A stretch of DNA of 24,000 nt from Campylobacter phage vB_CjeM_Los1: sequence record KX879627.1. One strand, 5' to 3'. Below are positions 1 to 8,155 of this stretch, in pieces (positions within the stretch are counted from its first letter, which is position 1; every line of letters begins with the position of its first letter). Both the position numbers and the translations under genes were made by a program. Under the pieces are notes generated by a model. That model was not told the origin of the DNA. It ran no database searches and worked only from the letters and a program-made list of their open reading frames with translations.

Positions 1-79
1 AAGCAGTAAAAACTAACAAAGATCCTAACAAAATATAAATTATGTTTGACTTTATAAATGAAAATAAAAAATTAAACAT
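1..79 (-). CDS. Partial CDS (start only, runs off left edge); hydrophobic N-terminus, putative membrane or secreted protein
   Basis: Not in ORF track. Reverse complement of 79..1 reads MFNFLFSFIKSNIIYILLGSLLVFTA without a stop; SD-like AAAGGA lies 8 nt upstream of the ATG. Confidence 0.5.
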   Translation of the reverse strand, partial: MFNFLFSFIKSNIIYILLGSLLVFTA

Positions 80-92
80 TTGCATCCTTTAA

Positions 93-126
93 ATGTTTGA
101 TACTCGAAAAAACGAGTATCAAACAT
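93..126. terminator. Strong hairpin, probable terminator or 3' mRNA hairpin
   Basis: ATGTTTGATACTCG-AAAAAA-CGAGTATCAAACAT: perfect 14-bp stem, 6-nt loop, just 3' of the stop of the 129..749 gene; plus-strand side is followed by a T-rich run. Confidence 0.7.
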
Positions 127-128
127 GT

Positions 129-749
129 TTATTTTTTAGGTTTTACATATAAATCAGAGTCTTCTAAATCAAATTCAGCACCAAAGTTATCAATAACAAT
201 TTCCCATTCACCTTCATAATTTTTTATTTTCATAGCTGAGTTATCATCATAACCAACTCTTACTTTTGAACCAATATCACCTTCATAATATTCCCAATCA
301 TATAGCTCATCTTCAATGATATTATTTATATTATCAACTTTTGATGCTATAACGCTTGCTAATTTTTGTAGTGATTTTTCATCAAAATTAATTATAATAG
401 GAGGGTATTTTTCTCCATCAAAACTTATATTTGCTACTTTTTCGTATATTTCATTTAAAATATCTTCTTTTATGCCAGTAACTCTCACTGTTATACAAGG
501 TTTTATTAAGTTTATTCTTATTCGAGCAGTTCGTTCTTTAACAAAGAATGATATCAGAATTTGTATATCAGAGTCATTAACTATAGAACTTAATTCATAA
601 CTGTCTAATATAGTTTTACCATAACTAACATTTACCTTTAAATTAGCTTTAGCTATTGGAAGTATTAAACTAGTAATATTATTGCTAATATTTTTATCGT
701 TGTTTTTTAAATCATTTATAGATTCAACTAAAAATTTTGAGTATATCAT
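129..749 (-). CDS. Hypothetical protein
   Basis: 206-aa ORF packed closely after the clamp-loader gene; no motif recognised. Confidence 0.75.
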   Translation of the reverse strand: MIYSKFLVESINDLKNNDKNISNNITSLILPIAKANLKVNVSYGKTILDSYELSSIVNDSDIQILISFFVKERTARIRINLIKPCITVRVTGIKEDILNEIYEKVANISFDGEKYPPIIINFDEKSLQKLASVIASKVDNINNIIEDELYDWEYYEGDIGSKVRVGYDDNSAMKIKNYEGEWEIVIDNFGAEFDLEDSDLYVKPKK

Positions 750-765
750 ATTATATCTTTTTCAA

Positions 766-1716
766 TTATTTATATTTTATATCATATTTTATAAGAGCAG
801 CTACTAAAGCACTTAGACATAATTCTCTATCTCTACTTGTCCTATCATGATCGCTATAATGTTCTATAAGCATTACAGCCTGTGGTATGCTTTCTAACTC
901 AAAAAGTTTATCAACATTTTTAAACAAATACTGGTAAAAACCACTATAACTTACTGTTTGTGCTATAATTTTTCTAGCTTCAGTATAATCTTTCTTCTTT
1001 AAAGCTTCGACTAAATTGGAATAATTATTAATATTTTCAAATACTTTTTCATCTATCACTAATTTATTATTAACAGTATTATGCTGCATAACTATTAACA
1101 TCTCTCTAATGCATGGATAAAAACATTGAATAAGTTTCTGTAAATCTTTTTTATCATATTCTACTTTTTCATTTTGTAATATAAATTCCAATCTATCAAG
1201 TATTTTAACACCTAGTTCAGTTTTATTATCATTAAACTCTTTATCAAAGTCTATACATGTAACACGAGTCAAAATAGGTTCTATTAGTCTATCAGTATAA
1301 TTTGCTGTTAATATAAATCTACAATTTTGGGTATATTCATCTATTATATCACGGATTGAGCGTTGTAATTCATTTGTCATCCCATCACATTCTGATAAAG
1401 ATATAATTTTTAATGAACCATCTATTGAAACACTGCTTGCAAATGATGTAATTTTATTTCTAGCAAGATCCACTCCACTCTCTTTTGATGAGTTAATGAA
1501 TAAATGAGTTGCACCTAATTCATCACATATTGCTTTGTTTAATGAAGTTTTTCCAGTTCCAGGTGTATTACTAAAAAAACCAAGGTTTGGTATTTCACCA
1601 GAATTAATCCATTCTTTTATTTTTGAATGAAGTTGGTCTGGTAGAATCATATCATCTACTCTAGACGGTCTATATTTTTCAGCCCATATATATTCTTTTT
1701 CGTTTATATTTTTCAA
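766..1716 (-). CDS. 44: Clamp-loader large subunit-like AAA+ ATPase (T4 gp44 family)
   Basis: EKYRPSRVDDMILP N-terminal motif, Walker A SNTPGTGKTS, region ITSFASSVSIDGSLKIISLSECDGM matching gp44 NFASAASFDGRQKVIVIDEFD, sensor-1 ILTANY. Confidence 0.9.
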   Translation of the reverse strand: MKNINEKEYIWAEKYRPSRVDDMILPDQLHSKIKEWINSGEIPNLGFFSNTPGTGKTSLNKAICDELGATHLFINSSKESGVDLARNKITSFASSVSIDGSLKIISLSECDGMTNELQRSIRDIIDEYTQNCRFILTANYTDRLIEPILTRVTCIDFDKEFNDNKTELGVKILDRLEFILQNEKVEYDKKDLQKLIQCFYPCIREMLIVMQHNTVNNKLVIDEKVFENINNYSNLVEALKKKDYTEARKIIAQTVSYSGFYQYLFKNVDKLFELESIPQAVMLIEHYSDHDRTSRDRELCLSALVAALIKYDIKYK

Positions 1717-1773
1717 ATCAATCCCTTTCTTTTTTCTGTATTATATATTAATTATACTTAAAATTACCTTAAT

Positions 1774-2331
1774 CTATAATACTTCGCCTTCAATTTGTTT
1801 AAATACAGTTTTTATGTAATCTTTTGATTCATCTGTAAACTTTAAAAACTTAAAAACATTCAAAATACTTTCACATATAATAGTATTGTTTATACCATTA
1901 AAATCTTTAATATTATATAACATTAGATACCAATACACAGTAACGAAAGATATTTGTTTTTTATTATATTCACGCATTACTTCTTTAAACATTGGTTTTT
2001 TATATTTCTCTTCTAATGATGTTATGTCTTTTTTTATTATATTTTTATAGAATTTTATTGTGTTTTTAAACTTCTCATATTCTGTTTTATTGTAATTTCT
2101 TAAATAATCACATAAACCATAAATACTAGATGGACTGTATTTAAACATTATATATACACACAATAAAATGAAGTCACCTCTATCAGAAAAGTTTAACGGA
2201 TAAAAACCTATTTTTTTATCCATTATATCTTTGCTATGAGATACACATAATAATTTTTCTTTTAAGTTTTTTTGAAATGTAAGAAACACTCCATTAGAAA
2301 TATTATAAATATCATAATAGTGCAATTTCAT
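1774..2331 (-). CDS. Hypothetical protein; size and neighbourhood compatible with a divergent clamp-loader small subunit, not demonstrated
   Basis: 185-aa ORF directly upstream of the gp44-like gene; no motif identified. Confidence 0.7.
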   Translation of the reverse strand: MKLHYYDIYNISNGVFLTFQKNLKEKLLCVSHSKDIMDKKIGFYPLNFSDRGDFILLCVYIMFKYSPSSIYGLCDYLRNYNKTEYEKFKNTIKFYKNIIKKDITSLEEKYKKPMFKEVMREYNKKQISFVTVYWYLMLYNIKDFNGINNTIICESILNVFKFLKFTDESKDYIKTVFKQIEGEVL

Positions 2332-2341
2332 GCAGTATTCC

Positions 2342-2599
2342 TTACTCCCATATATCTATGTCGCTTTGGTTTAGATCATATCTTGTAAACTTGAATTTTT
2401 TCAAGTCTTTCTCAACAATATCCCTGAATATTGCATAGTCAGACAATTCTGATGCTATTAATTCAGGCTCCATATTAATATGATTTCCAAATTCAATTAT
2501 AACATCTAAAATACAATCATCCATCATATCTTTTTGTTTTCTAAATTCAAAGAGCTTATTAAAAAGCTCTGTTTTACTTTCCACTACTTCCCCATCCAC
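2342..2599 (-). CDS. Candidate phage late-transcription coactivator (T4 gp33-like)
   Basis: 85-aa acidic helical protein with pattern FNKLFEFRKQKDMMDDCILDVIIEFGNHINMEPELIASEL...IVEKDLKKF, resembling small gp33-type coactivators (YxDAilxyCexxxIepexvakLi...lk.ki...a..L). Confidence 0.45.
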   Translation of the reverse strand: MDGEVVESKTELFNKLFEFRKQKDMMDDCILDVIIEFGNHINMEPELIASELSDYAIFRDIVEKDLKKFKFTRYDLNQSDIDIWE

Positions 2600-3020
2600 C
2601 GTTATTACCTCTAACTAAATTTTTTGTAATGTTATCAAAATCATCTTTTGATATGTTTTCTATTTTACTTTCATTACATTTTAATAACTCAAACTGACAA
2701 TACTTATCACCTTTTTTTATAGTGTATGGTTCCTTACCAAAATTATACACTTTTACTTTTAAATTTCCACTCCAAGAAGCATCTAATATACCAGGATAAA
2801 CAAATAAATCTTTTATAAACCCTAGACTACTTCTAGTGTTAAATCTTATATAATATCCATCTGGAATTATTAATCTAACACCATTTTCAACATACTCAAA
2901 CCCACCAGGTTGAATTGTTTTGTCTTCTATTGAAAATATATCGTAACAAGCAGAGCCCATTACTGATATTTCTGGTAATTTTGCATTACTGTCTTCTAGC
3001 CATATTTTTAATACACACAT
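2574..3020 (-). CDS. dut: dUTPase (trimeric type)
   Basis: All five motifs present: GSACYDI, TRSSLG, GILDASWSGNLKV, KKGDKYCQFEL, RGNNGGWGSSG. AGGA SD upstream of the ATG. Confidence 0.93.
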   Translation of the reverse strand: MCVLKIWLEDSNAKLPEISVMGSACYDIFSIEDKTIQPGGFEYVENGVRLIIPDGYYIRFNTRSSLGFIKDLFVYPGILDASWSGNLKVKVYNFGKEPYTIKKGDKYCQFELLKCNESKIENISKDDFDNITKNLVRGNNGGWGSSGK

Positions 3021-3400
3021 ATTTTTATCCTATTAATTAAAAGTAGTGATTCATTATTAAAATCATATATTTCTACAAAATTATCAATTAGGTCAAGTAA
3101 TACATTAATACTTATTTTAAAAGATATTTCAAGTAATGATTGTGGGTTTTTATTTATTATATTTTCTAAATTATCCTTCATAAGTACTGACAAAACAGTC
3201 CCATAACATGGTAGTTTTGTATCATCATCTAATTTAACAGATATACAGTTCAATTTGATTTTTTTATTTTCCATACTTTTACTTTCTCTAACATTTTCTT
3301 TTAATAATTCATAAGTATGAGAAAAATTTTCACTAATCAACAATATTGGGTTTAATTTCACCAACTCTTCAACCATATTTAAAATTTCTATATTTTTCAT
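3008..3400 (-). CDS. Hypothetical protein
   Basis: ORF track start (3415) is a TTG inside the SD region; ATG at 3400 is preceded by GAAAGAGG and is the likelier start. Confidence 0.7.
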   Translation of the reverse strand: MKNIEILNMVEELVKLNPILLISENFSHTYELLKENVRESKSMENKKIKLNCISVKLDDDTKLPCYGTVLSVLMKDNLENIINKNPQSLLEISFKISINVLLDLIDNFVEIYDFNNESLLLINRIKICVY

Positions 3401-3411
3401 TTTTACCTCTT

Positions 3412-4680
3412 TCAATTTAATAATGCATGAATGCCTGTTACAGCAGCTGGAATAATACCTCTTGTAATAGCTGAATCACCTATAAAAAAGATATTTTTGC
3501 CAAAATCCTGTACTGTAAAATTATTATTATAATTAACTCTAGGACCTATTATTTTTATTTCTGGAAAATATCCTTTCCATTCCTTTATATGTAGTATATC
3601 ACAAAGTTCCTTAATAAATTCTGAAAGTGAGTCACCTAAGTTATCAAAATAATTTAAAAACTCTAAAGATGAGTTCTGATTTAATTCATAAATTTTACCA
3701 TTAGTAATAGTTTCTATTTGTGATAAATAATCTTCTACATTTACATTTTTAAAAGAACCTAAAATAGCCCAGTTGGATTTTCCAGTCCATTTGTTTTTTA
3801 CATGTAATCCATAAGCGTGTCCATTTGCTTGTTCTCTAATAGGAATAGAATACCCTTTTACTTTTTCTGTTACAACTTCTGCTGTTCCATGATTAACACA
3901 AAATGTTCTTAACTCTTTAAGATAATTTTTGTTAATATTTTTAGAGAACTTAAAATCGTATTGAATATTGTTTGCTAGCTCTTGAATTGTATTATTATAT
4001 TCACACTCAAATCTAAATCCTATATGAATTTGGTCAGCAACAGATTTAATATTGTTTAATTCAAAGGTTTCTTTAATATCTTTCATACCACTTCTACCAA
4101 GACCTATAAAAAGTTTATCATAAGTTATATATGATTCAACACCATTTGTATCTCTTACTGTTATGCATTTATCTAGTTTTGAAGGAATATATGTAGAGTT
4201 ACAATAAATTGTAACACCTTTATCTTCAAGCCATTTTATCATGTTTTTACACATTTCAAGCCCCAAAGTTGAACCTACATGATAACACTCAGATTGTTTT
4301 AAAGCTATATCACCATAACCACTTACAAACTTTGATCCTGTTTCAACTGGTTGTGTTATGTGTATAGAAGCATTTTCTGGTAAAAACATTTTAAATAATT
4401 TATTTTTAAAAAAATCATAGTATTCTAAAACTTGTTGCTTATTAATATACTCAAATATAGGTTGATCATCATGTAGTGAAAATACATTCTTATTATCACT
4501 AAATGCACCACCACCTAGGAGACCATTTACAATATCTATTGTAGGTATCCTATCATTAATGTGTTTCCCTTTCTCAATAACAATTACTTCATCATGTTTC
4601 ATATTAATAATATTATTCATAATACCATAGCAGATAGTGTATATATTTGCTACACCACCACCTATAAATACATATTTCAT
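3412..4680 (-). CDS. NAD(P)/FAD-dependent oxidoreductase, COG2509-like
   Basis: N-terminal Rossmann motif YVFIGGGVANIYT, GLLGGGAFSDNK (COG2509-like GGAGAFSDGKL), LFIGLGRSG, LRTFCVNHGTAEVV, C-terminal IFFIGDSAITRGIIPAAVTGIHA. Confidence 0.8.
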   Translation of the reverse strand: MKYVFIGGGVANIYTICYGIMNNIINMKHDEVIVIEKGKHINDRIPTIDIVNGLLGGGAFSDNKNVFSLHDDQPIFEYINKQQVLEYYDFFKNKLFKMFLPENASIHITQPVETGSKFVSGYGDIALKQSECYHVGSTLGLEMCKNMIKWLEDKGVTIYCNSTYIPSKLDKCITVRDTNGVESYITYDKLFIGLGRSGMKDIKETFELNNIKSVADQIHIGFRFECEYNNTIQELANNIQYDFKFSKNINKNYLKELRTFCVNHGTAEVVTEKVKGYSIPIREQANGHAYGLHVKNKWTGKSNWAILGSFKNVNVEDYLSQIETITNGKIYELNQNSSLEFLNYFDNLGDSLSEFIKELCDILHIKEWKGYFPEIKIIGPRVNYNNNFTVQDFGKNIFFIGDSAITRGIIPAAVTGIHALLN

Positions 4681-4721
4681 ATAACCTTCCTTAATTTTAG
4701 TTATTATATAATAATTTATAT

Positions 4722-4751
4722 TAAGAAAACCTTTAACTAAAGGTTTTCTTA
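4722..4751. terminator. Perfect 13-bp hairpin overlapping a stop codon
   Basis: TAAGAAAACCTTT-AACT-AAAGGTTTTCTTA; covers the 3' end and stop codon of the 4733..5137 gene. Confidence 0.6.
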
Positions 4752-5137
4752 GTCAAATCATAATTACCATGCAACAAATAATCAAAATAGAAAAATATTT
4801 TCTTTAACTCTGATTTATTATCATCTTTACTGCCAAGTCTTGAAACATATTTTACTATGTTACCTTCACAAAAATTCAAATTATTTTTATATATAAAATC
4901 AATGGGTTCTATTACCAGTTTAGTATAATGCTCAGGTATCACCTCTTCTTTATCGCTGTGTTTATATGATGATGCTTTATAATACTCTTGTTTAATAGCT
5001 TTAAATACATCCATATACTCGGGATCTTGTATAGCAACAACATTTTTATTGTTTATATAGCCAAGTTGTGTTATTAAGTATATCTGAAACTCATTAAAAT
5101 TATTACTATTACAATACTGTTCAAAACTATAACTCAT
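4733..5137 (-). CDS. DUF3310-domain phage protein
   Basis: IPEHYTKLVIEPIDFIYKNNLNFCEGNIVKYVSRLGSKDDNKSELKKIFFYFDYLL matches the DUF3310 pattern (HY..iePidfi..n.L.f.eGN.iKYv.R...K....DL.Ka..Y). Confidence 0.85.
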   Translation of the reverse strand: MSYSFEQYCNSNNFNEFQIYLITQLGYINNKNVVAIQDPEYMDVFKAIKQEYYKASSYKHSDKEEVIPEHYTKLVIEPIDFIYKNNLNFCEGNIVKYVSRLGSKDDNKSELKKIFFYFDYLLHGNYDLTKKTFS

Positions 5138-5140
5138 TTT

Positions 5141-5317
5141 TTATCCTAATATTAATTTACTATTATTTGATTGCTTATTAATAGCATCTTTTATAATAGT
5201 TTCCAATTCTGTTAGATTTTCTACTATTTTCTGAGTATCAATATCAGATAACACCAACTCTCCAACATAAGACTGTAATATTTTATTAATATCATTAATT
5301 TTATTTTTTATAGTCAT
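5141..5317 (-). CDS. Hypothetical small protein
   Basis: ORF track start is 5353, but an ATG at 5317 has AAAGGAG 6 nt upstream (MTIKNKINDINKI...). Confidence 0.6.
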   Translation of the reverse strand: MTIKNKINDINKILQSYVGELVLSDIDTQKIVENLTELETIIKDAINKQSNNSKLILG

Positions 5318-5344
5318 TACTACTCCTTTATTATATTTGAAATT

Positions 5345-5380
5345 ATACAACATTTAACCTTAAGGTTATCTTAGTTGTAT
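5345..5380. terminator. Two-part hairpin overlapping a stop codon
   Basis: Outer stem ATACAAC/GTTGTAT (7 bp) around the palindrome TAACCTTAAGGTTA; covers the stop of the 5371..5937 gene. Confidence 0.45.
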
Positions 5381-5937
5381 ATTATTTTAATATTTTTTAT
5401 ATACATGTTATAACTATACTGGGCTAAATCTAACCCACTTTTATTCAAGTATTTGTCATACCCCCTTCCCTTGTAATAATGTAATATTTCTAAGTCATCA
5501 TTAGTTTTATATCTTTGCTTAATATCATTTATTATAATAGCAGTAGCTTCTATTTGATTTTTTAACGAGTTTATATGTTTTATATTATGTTTGGCTAATA
5601 CCATCTTCCACATTTTGTAATTTATTCCACTTATTCCCTTAACATTATTATGTTTATGTTTTACTTTATGTTTGAAGTATGATTCTGATTGTATTAACGA
5701 CATTATAAAAACTGGATTTATATTATATTTTAAAGATGCTTCAAATATGTAGTTTGTTATTTCAGTAGCGTTTTTATTATTATATTTTGAAATGTGGTTT
5801 ATCATATTTTGTTTTAAATATGATAACCTTTCTTGAATAATGTCTTCAAAATTATATTTAGCATGAAAAATAACTGATTGCGATGTTGTTGTAAATACAA
5901 TACATAAAAACATAACAATATATGTTAGCTTTTTCAT
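5371..5937 (-). CDS. Secreted lytic transglycosylase (SLT/lysozyme-like)
   Basis: N-terminal signal peptide MKKLTYIVMFLCIVFTTTSQS; catalytic context INPVFIMSLIQSESYFKHKV, KGISGINYKMW, ILHYYKGRGYDKY. Confidence 0.75.
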   Translation of the reverse strand: MKKLTYIVMFLCIVFTTTSQSVIFHAKYNFEDIIQERLSYLKQNMINHISKYNNKNATEITNYIFEASLKYNINPVFIMSLIQSESYFKHKVKHKHNNVKGISGINYKMWKMVLAKHNIKHINSLKNQIEATAIIINDIKQRYKTNDDLEILHYYKGRGYDKYLNKSGLDLAQYSYNMYIKNIKIIYN

Positions 5938-5955
5938 TATAGTTTTTCCAATATT

Positions 5956-6591
5956 CTAGTAATATTGTTTTAGTAATTTTTCACACCCCTTAAATTTTAG
6001 TCTTCTTTGTTTTGGACTCCTACAATAAATAGTAATTTTCAATCTTTTTTCCAATGCTTTTTTATATTTTTTTATAGCTCTTTCTGGTATCTCATCTAAT
6101 GATATGCTATCCCACATATTATCACACATTTTTGCTTCTACTGAAATATATAAACTTGTAATGTATCTTCTAAAGTCACCAATTTTTAAACACAAACTAT
6201 TTGCTAATGCGTAAAATAATGGTCCTTTTCTTGGAGTCCATTTTGCAGCTAACTGGTTTTTTAATCTCAACTCTTTTGAATAAAATGCCAATATTTTTTC
6301 TTTGTTAGAATTACTTGCAACTTTATACATTTCATTTAAATCTTTAAAACAGCCATATTTTACAACAGATGCTAAAAACATGTCATTAATATTGTTTGTT
6401 TTTTCAGCGATATATTTTAAAAGTAAAATTGAATTCTTTATATTTCCTCCATTTACATCTCTGGCCCATAATAAAATCTGCATCGCTTGTTTTTTATCTT
6501 CCTGTTTGGCATATTTAAACAATTTTATAAGATAGTTAATATCTTTTGAGTAAAATAATGCTTTTGCAAAATTTTTACAATTAAATTTCAT
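5956..6591 (-). CDS. Short DUF2828/TROVE-vWA superfamily-like helical-repeat protein lacking the vWA domain
   Basis: ILLWARDVNGG..., VVKYGCFKDLNEMY, NQLAAKWTPRKGP...LKIGDFRRYITSLYISVEAKMCDNMWDSISLDEIPERAIKKYKKALEKR follow the DUF2828 pattern (fwaRD.RGGkGer; lipeyGrwdDl; laaKWlP...; LR..L.vvE..m.ak.W..I.y..vPs.A...y..aF). ORF track start is a GTG at 6618; the ATG at 6591 has AAAGG upstream. Confidence 0.55.
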   Translation of the reverse strand: MKFNCKNFAKALFYSKDINYLIKLFKYAKQEDKKQAMQILLWARDVNGGNIKNSILLLKYIAEKTNNINDMFLASVVKYGCFKDLNEMYKVASNSNKEKILAFYSKELRLKNQLAAKWTPRKGPLFYALANSLCLKIGDFRRYITSLYISVEAKMCDNMWDSISLDEIPERAIKKYKKALEKRLKITIYCRSPKQRRLKFKGCEKLLKQYY

Positions 6592-6599
6592 ATCATTCC

Positions 6600-6804
6600 T
6601 TTTATATTTAGAGAACACCAGGTTAAGAGTATCTGAAGATTGAAAGGAGGGACCTTATTTTAGGTCTGCGTATTAACCTTATGTGTTCTATTTTATTACT
6701 CAGGCTATGGTCTCTTTAGAAGTAAAGAGAAAATTAACATAATAAGCTTACCATAACCTTGATATACTCATTTTATTAATGAATATATCAAGATTATGAT
6801 TGCA
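6600..6804 (-). ncRNA. Candidate structured noncoding RNA or structured leader
   Basis: About 205 nt without a plausible CDS. Helices: 6779-6800/6750-6771 (22 bp, 7-nt loop, 3 G-U only on minus strand); alternative 6750-6759/6702-6711 (10 bp); 6711-6718/6723-6730 (8 bp); 6612-6618/6683-6689 (7 bp) stacked near 6620-6626/6673-6679 (7 bp); 6651-6655/6662-6666 (5 bp). Confidence 0.6.
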
Positions 6805-8121
6805 TCATAATCTTTCAAATAATTTATTTATATCATCCAACCAAATATCTTTAACGTGTTTTTGTGACAACTCATTAAAACTTTGTTGCAAACCATTCAA
6901 CTGTTCATTTAAATTGTTTATACTTTCTTCACTTAATGAATATAAAGGCATATTTATAAGTGTATCAATATTATGAATTATACCTATATTATTTATTTGT
7001 TTGATAATATCTTCTTTTTTCTTTCTTTCAAATATAACCTTTTTATCCAAAACTGCTTGGATGAATTTTATTTTATTATTAATCAGTTCAATTTGGTCTG
7101 AATATTTAGATAATTTATGTTGTTTTCTCTTTTGTATATACTCTAATTTAACATCTATATATTCTTTTAAAATCTCAATCTCATCTTTATAGGTTTTAAT
7201 AAAATTGTTTCTATCAGCACAAGTAAAATTTTCGGTATCAGTTGTTTCTATTCCTAATAATTTATGAATATTTTGATTATTCCAAAAATCTCCACTTACA
7301 TTTATTACATATTCAAAATTGTCACCTAGTGAGTAGTCTTTATAATCTTTTATTATTTTTTTCTCTTTTAGTGAGTTAAAATGTATTAACATACTCTCAT
7401 TAGTAGCATAAGGTGTTGTTTCTGTTATTTTTAAATTATAAGTATCTATTTTTTCATAAACACCTTTAAATTTCCATTGTTTTTTACCATGTTCTGTATT
7501 AAGTAATTCAACAGTACCCTTATAACCTTTAAAATATGGGACTAGTGGTTTCGGTTGTTTATTATCTAAAATGTCTTTAATAGCTTGTTTAACATCTTCA
7601 GCACTTCTTTGCATTATATTTTGTGCAAAACCCACACCCATACCGTTATTGTTAATTAATAATATTAATGGTAAAGTAGGTAATAGAAACTTTGGTTCTA
7701 TTTTTTGTCCTTCAAAATACTGATGATCTAAAATCTCTTCATCGTCTTTATTAAATAAAAGATCATAATAATCTGATTTTTTTATAGAAGAATATCTTGG
7801 TTGAGCTGATGTTGGTGAAGTCCTACATCCTATAGCTGATAATGGTTTAAATAATGGTAATGTAACAGGACCACAATCAAAATCTCTTGCAAAATTTGTA
7901 ATTATATCAGGTAAAATATCTTCATTATGCAAATATTGTGATTTATATGCTATTTCTGACTTTAATGTTGAAACTTTTTTATAATTAGTCAAGTCTTTAC
8001 TAAAATAAACTATTTTACGACCTGAATTTTTAAATCCATCAATTAAACTTGCTATACTTCTAATGTTATCATATGAAGCATATTGACATAAATTATCATT
8101 AAATAATGTATTAATATTCAT
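6805..8121 (-). CDS. 52: Type II DNA topoisomerase subunit A (T4 gp52/GyrA-ParC-like)
   Basis: SLIDGFKNSGRKIVYF, CRTSPTSAQPRYSSIK (catalytic Arg-Tyr), YDLLFNKDDEEILDHQYFEGQKIEPKFLLPTLPLILLINNNGMGVGFAQNI. SD AAAGGA before the ATG. Confidence 0.93.
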   Translation of the reverse strand: MNINTLFNDNLCQYASYDNIRSIASLIDGFKNSGRKIVYFSKDLTNYKKVSTLKSEIAYKSQYLHNEDILPDIITNFARDFDCGPVTLPLFKPLSAIGCRTSPTSAQPRYSSIKKSDYYDLLFNKDDEEILDHQYFEGQKIEPKFLLPTLPLILLINNNGMGVGFAQNIMQRSAEDVKQAIKDILDNKQPKPLVPYFKGYKGTVELLNTEHGKKQWKFKGVYEKIDTYNLKITETTPYATNESMLIHFNSLKEKKIIKDYKDYSLGDNFEYVINVSGDFWNNQNIHKLLGIETTDTENFTCADRNNFIKTYKDEIEILKEYIDVKLEYIQKRKQHKLSKYSDQIELINNKIKFIQAVLDKKVIFERKKKEDIIKQINNIGIIHNIDTLINMPLYSLSEESINNLNEQLNGLQQSFNELSQKHVKDIWLDDINKLFERL

Positions 8122-8155
8122 TTCTATCCTTTCATTTTATATATTATATAACATT

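Noticed and set aside
6641-6690. Plus-strand SD GAAAGGAGGG as the ribosome binding site of a small plus-strand gene
   Set aside because: No start codon at proper distance; next codons (TTATTTTAG) stop quickly, and helix wobbles favour a minus-strand transcript.
6600-6804. tRNA, tmRNA or group I intron remnant
   Set aside because: No GGTTCRANYCC T-loop, no cloverleaf spacing, no recognisable P7/S-R intron core, and flanking genes are complete.
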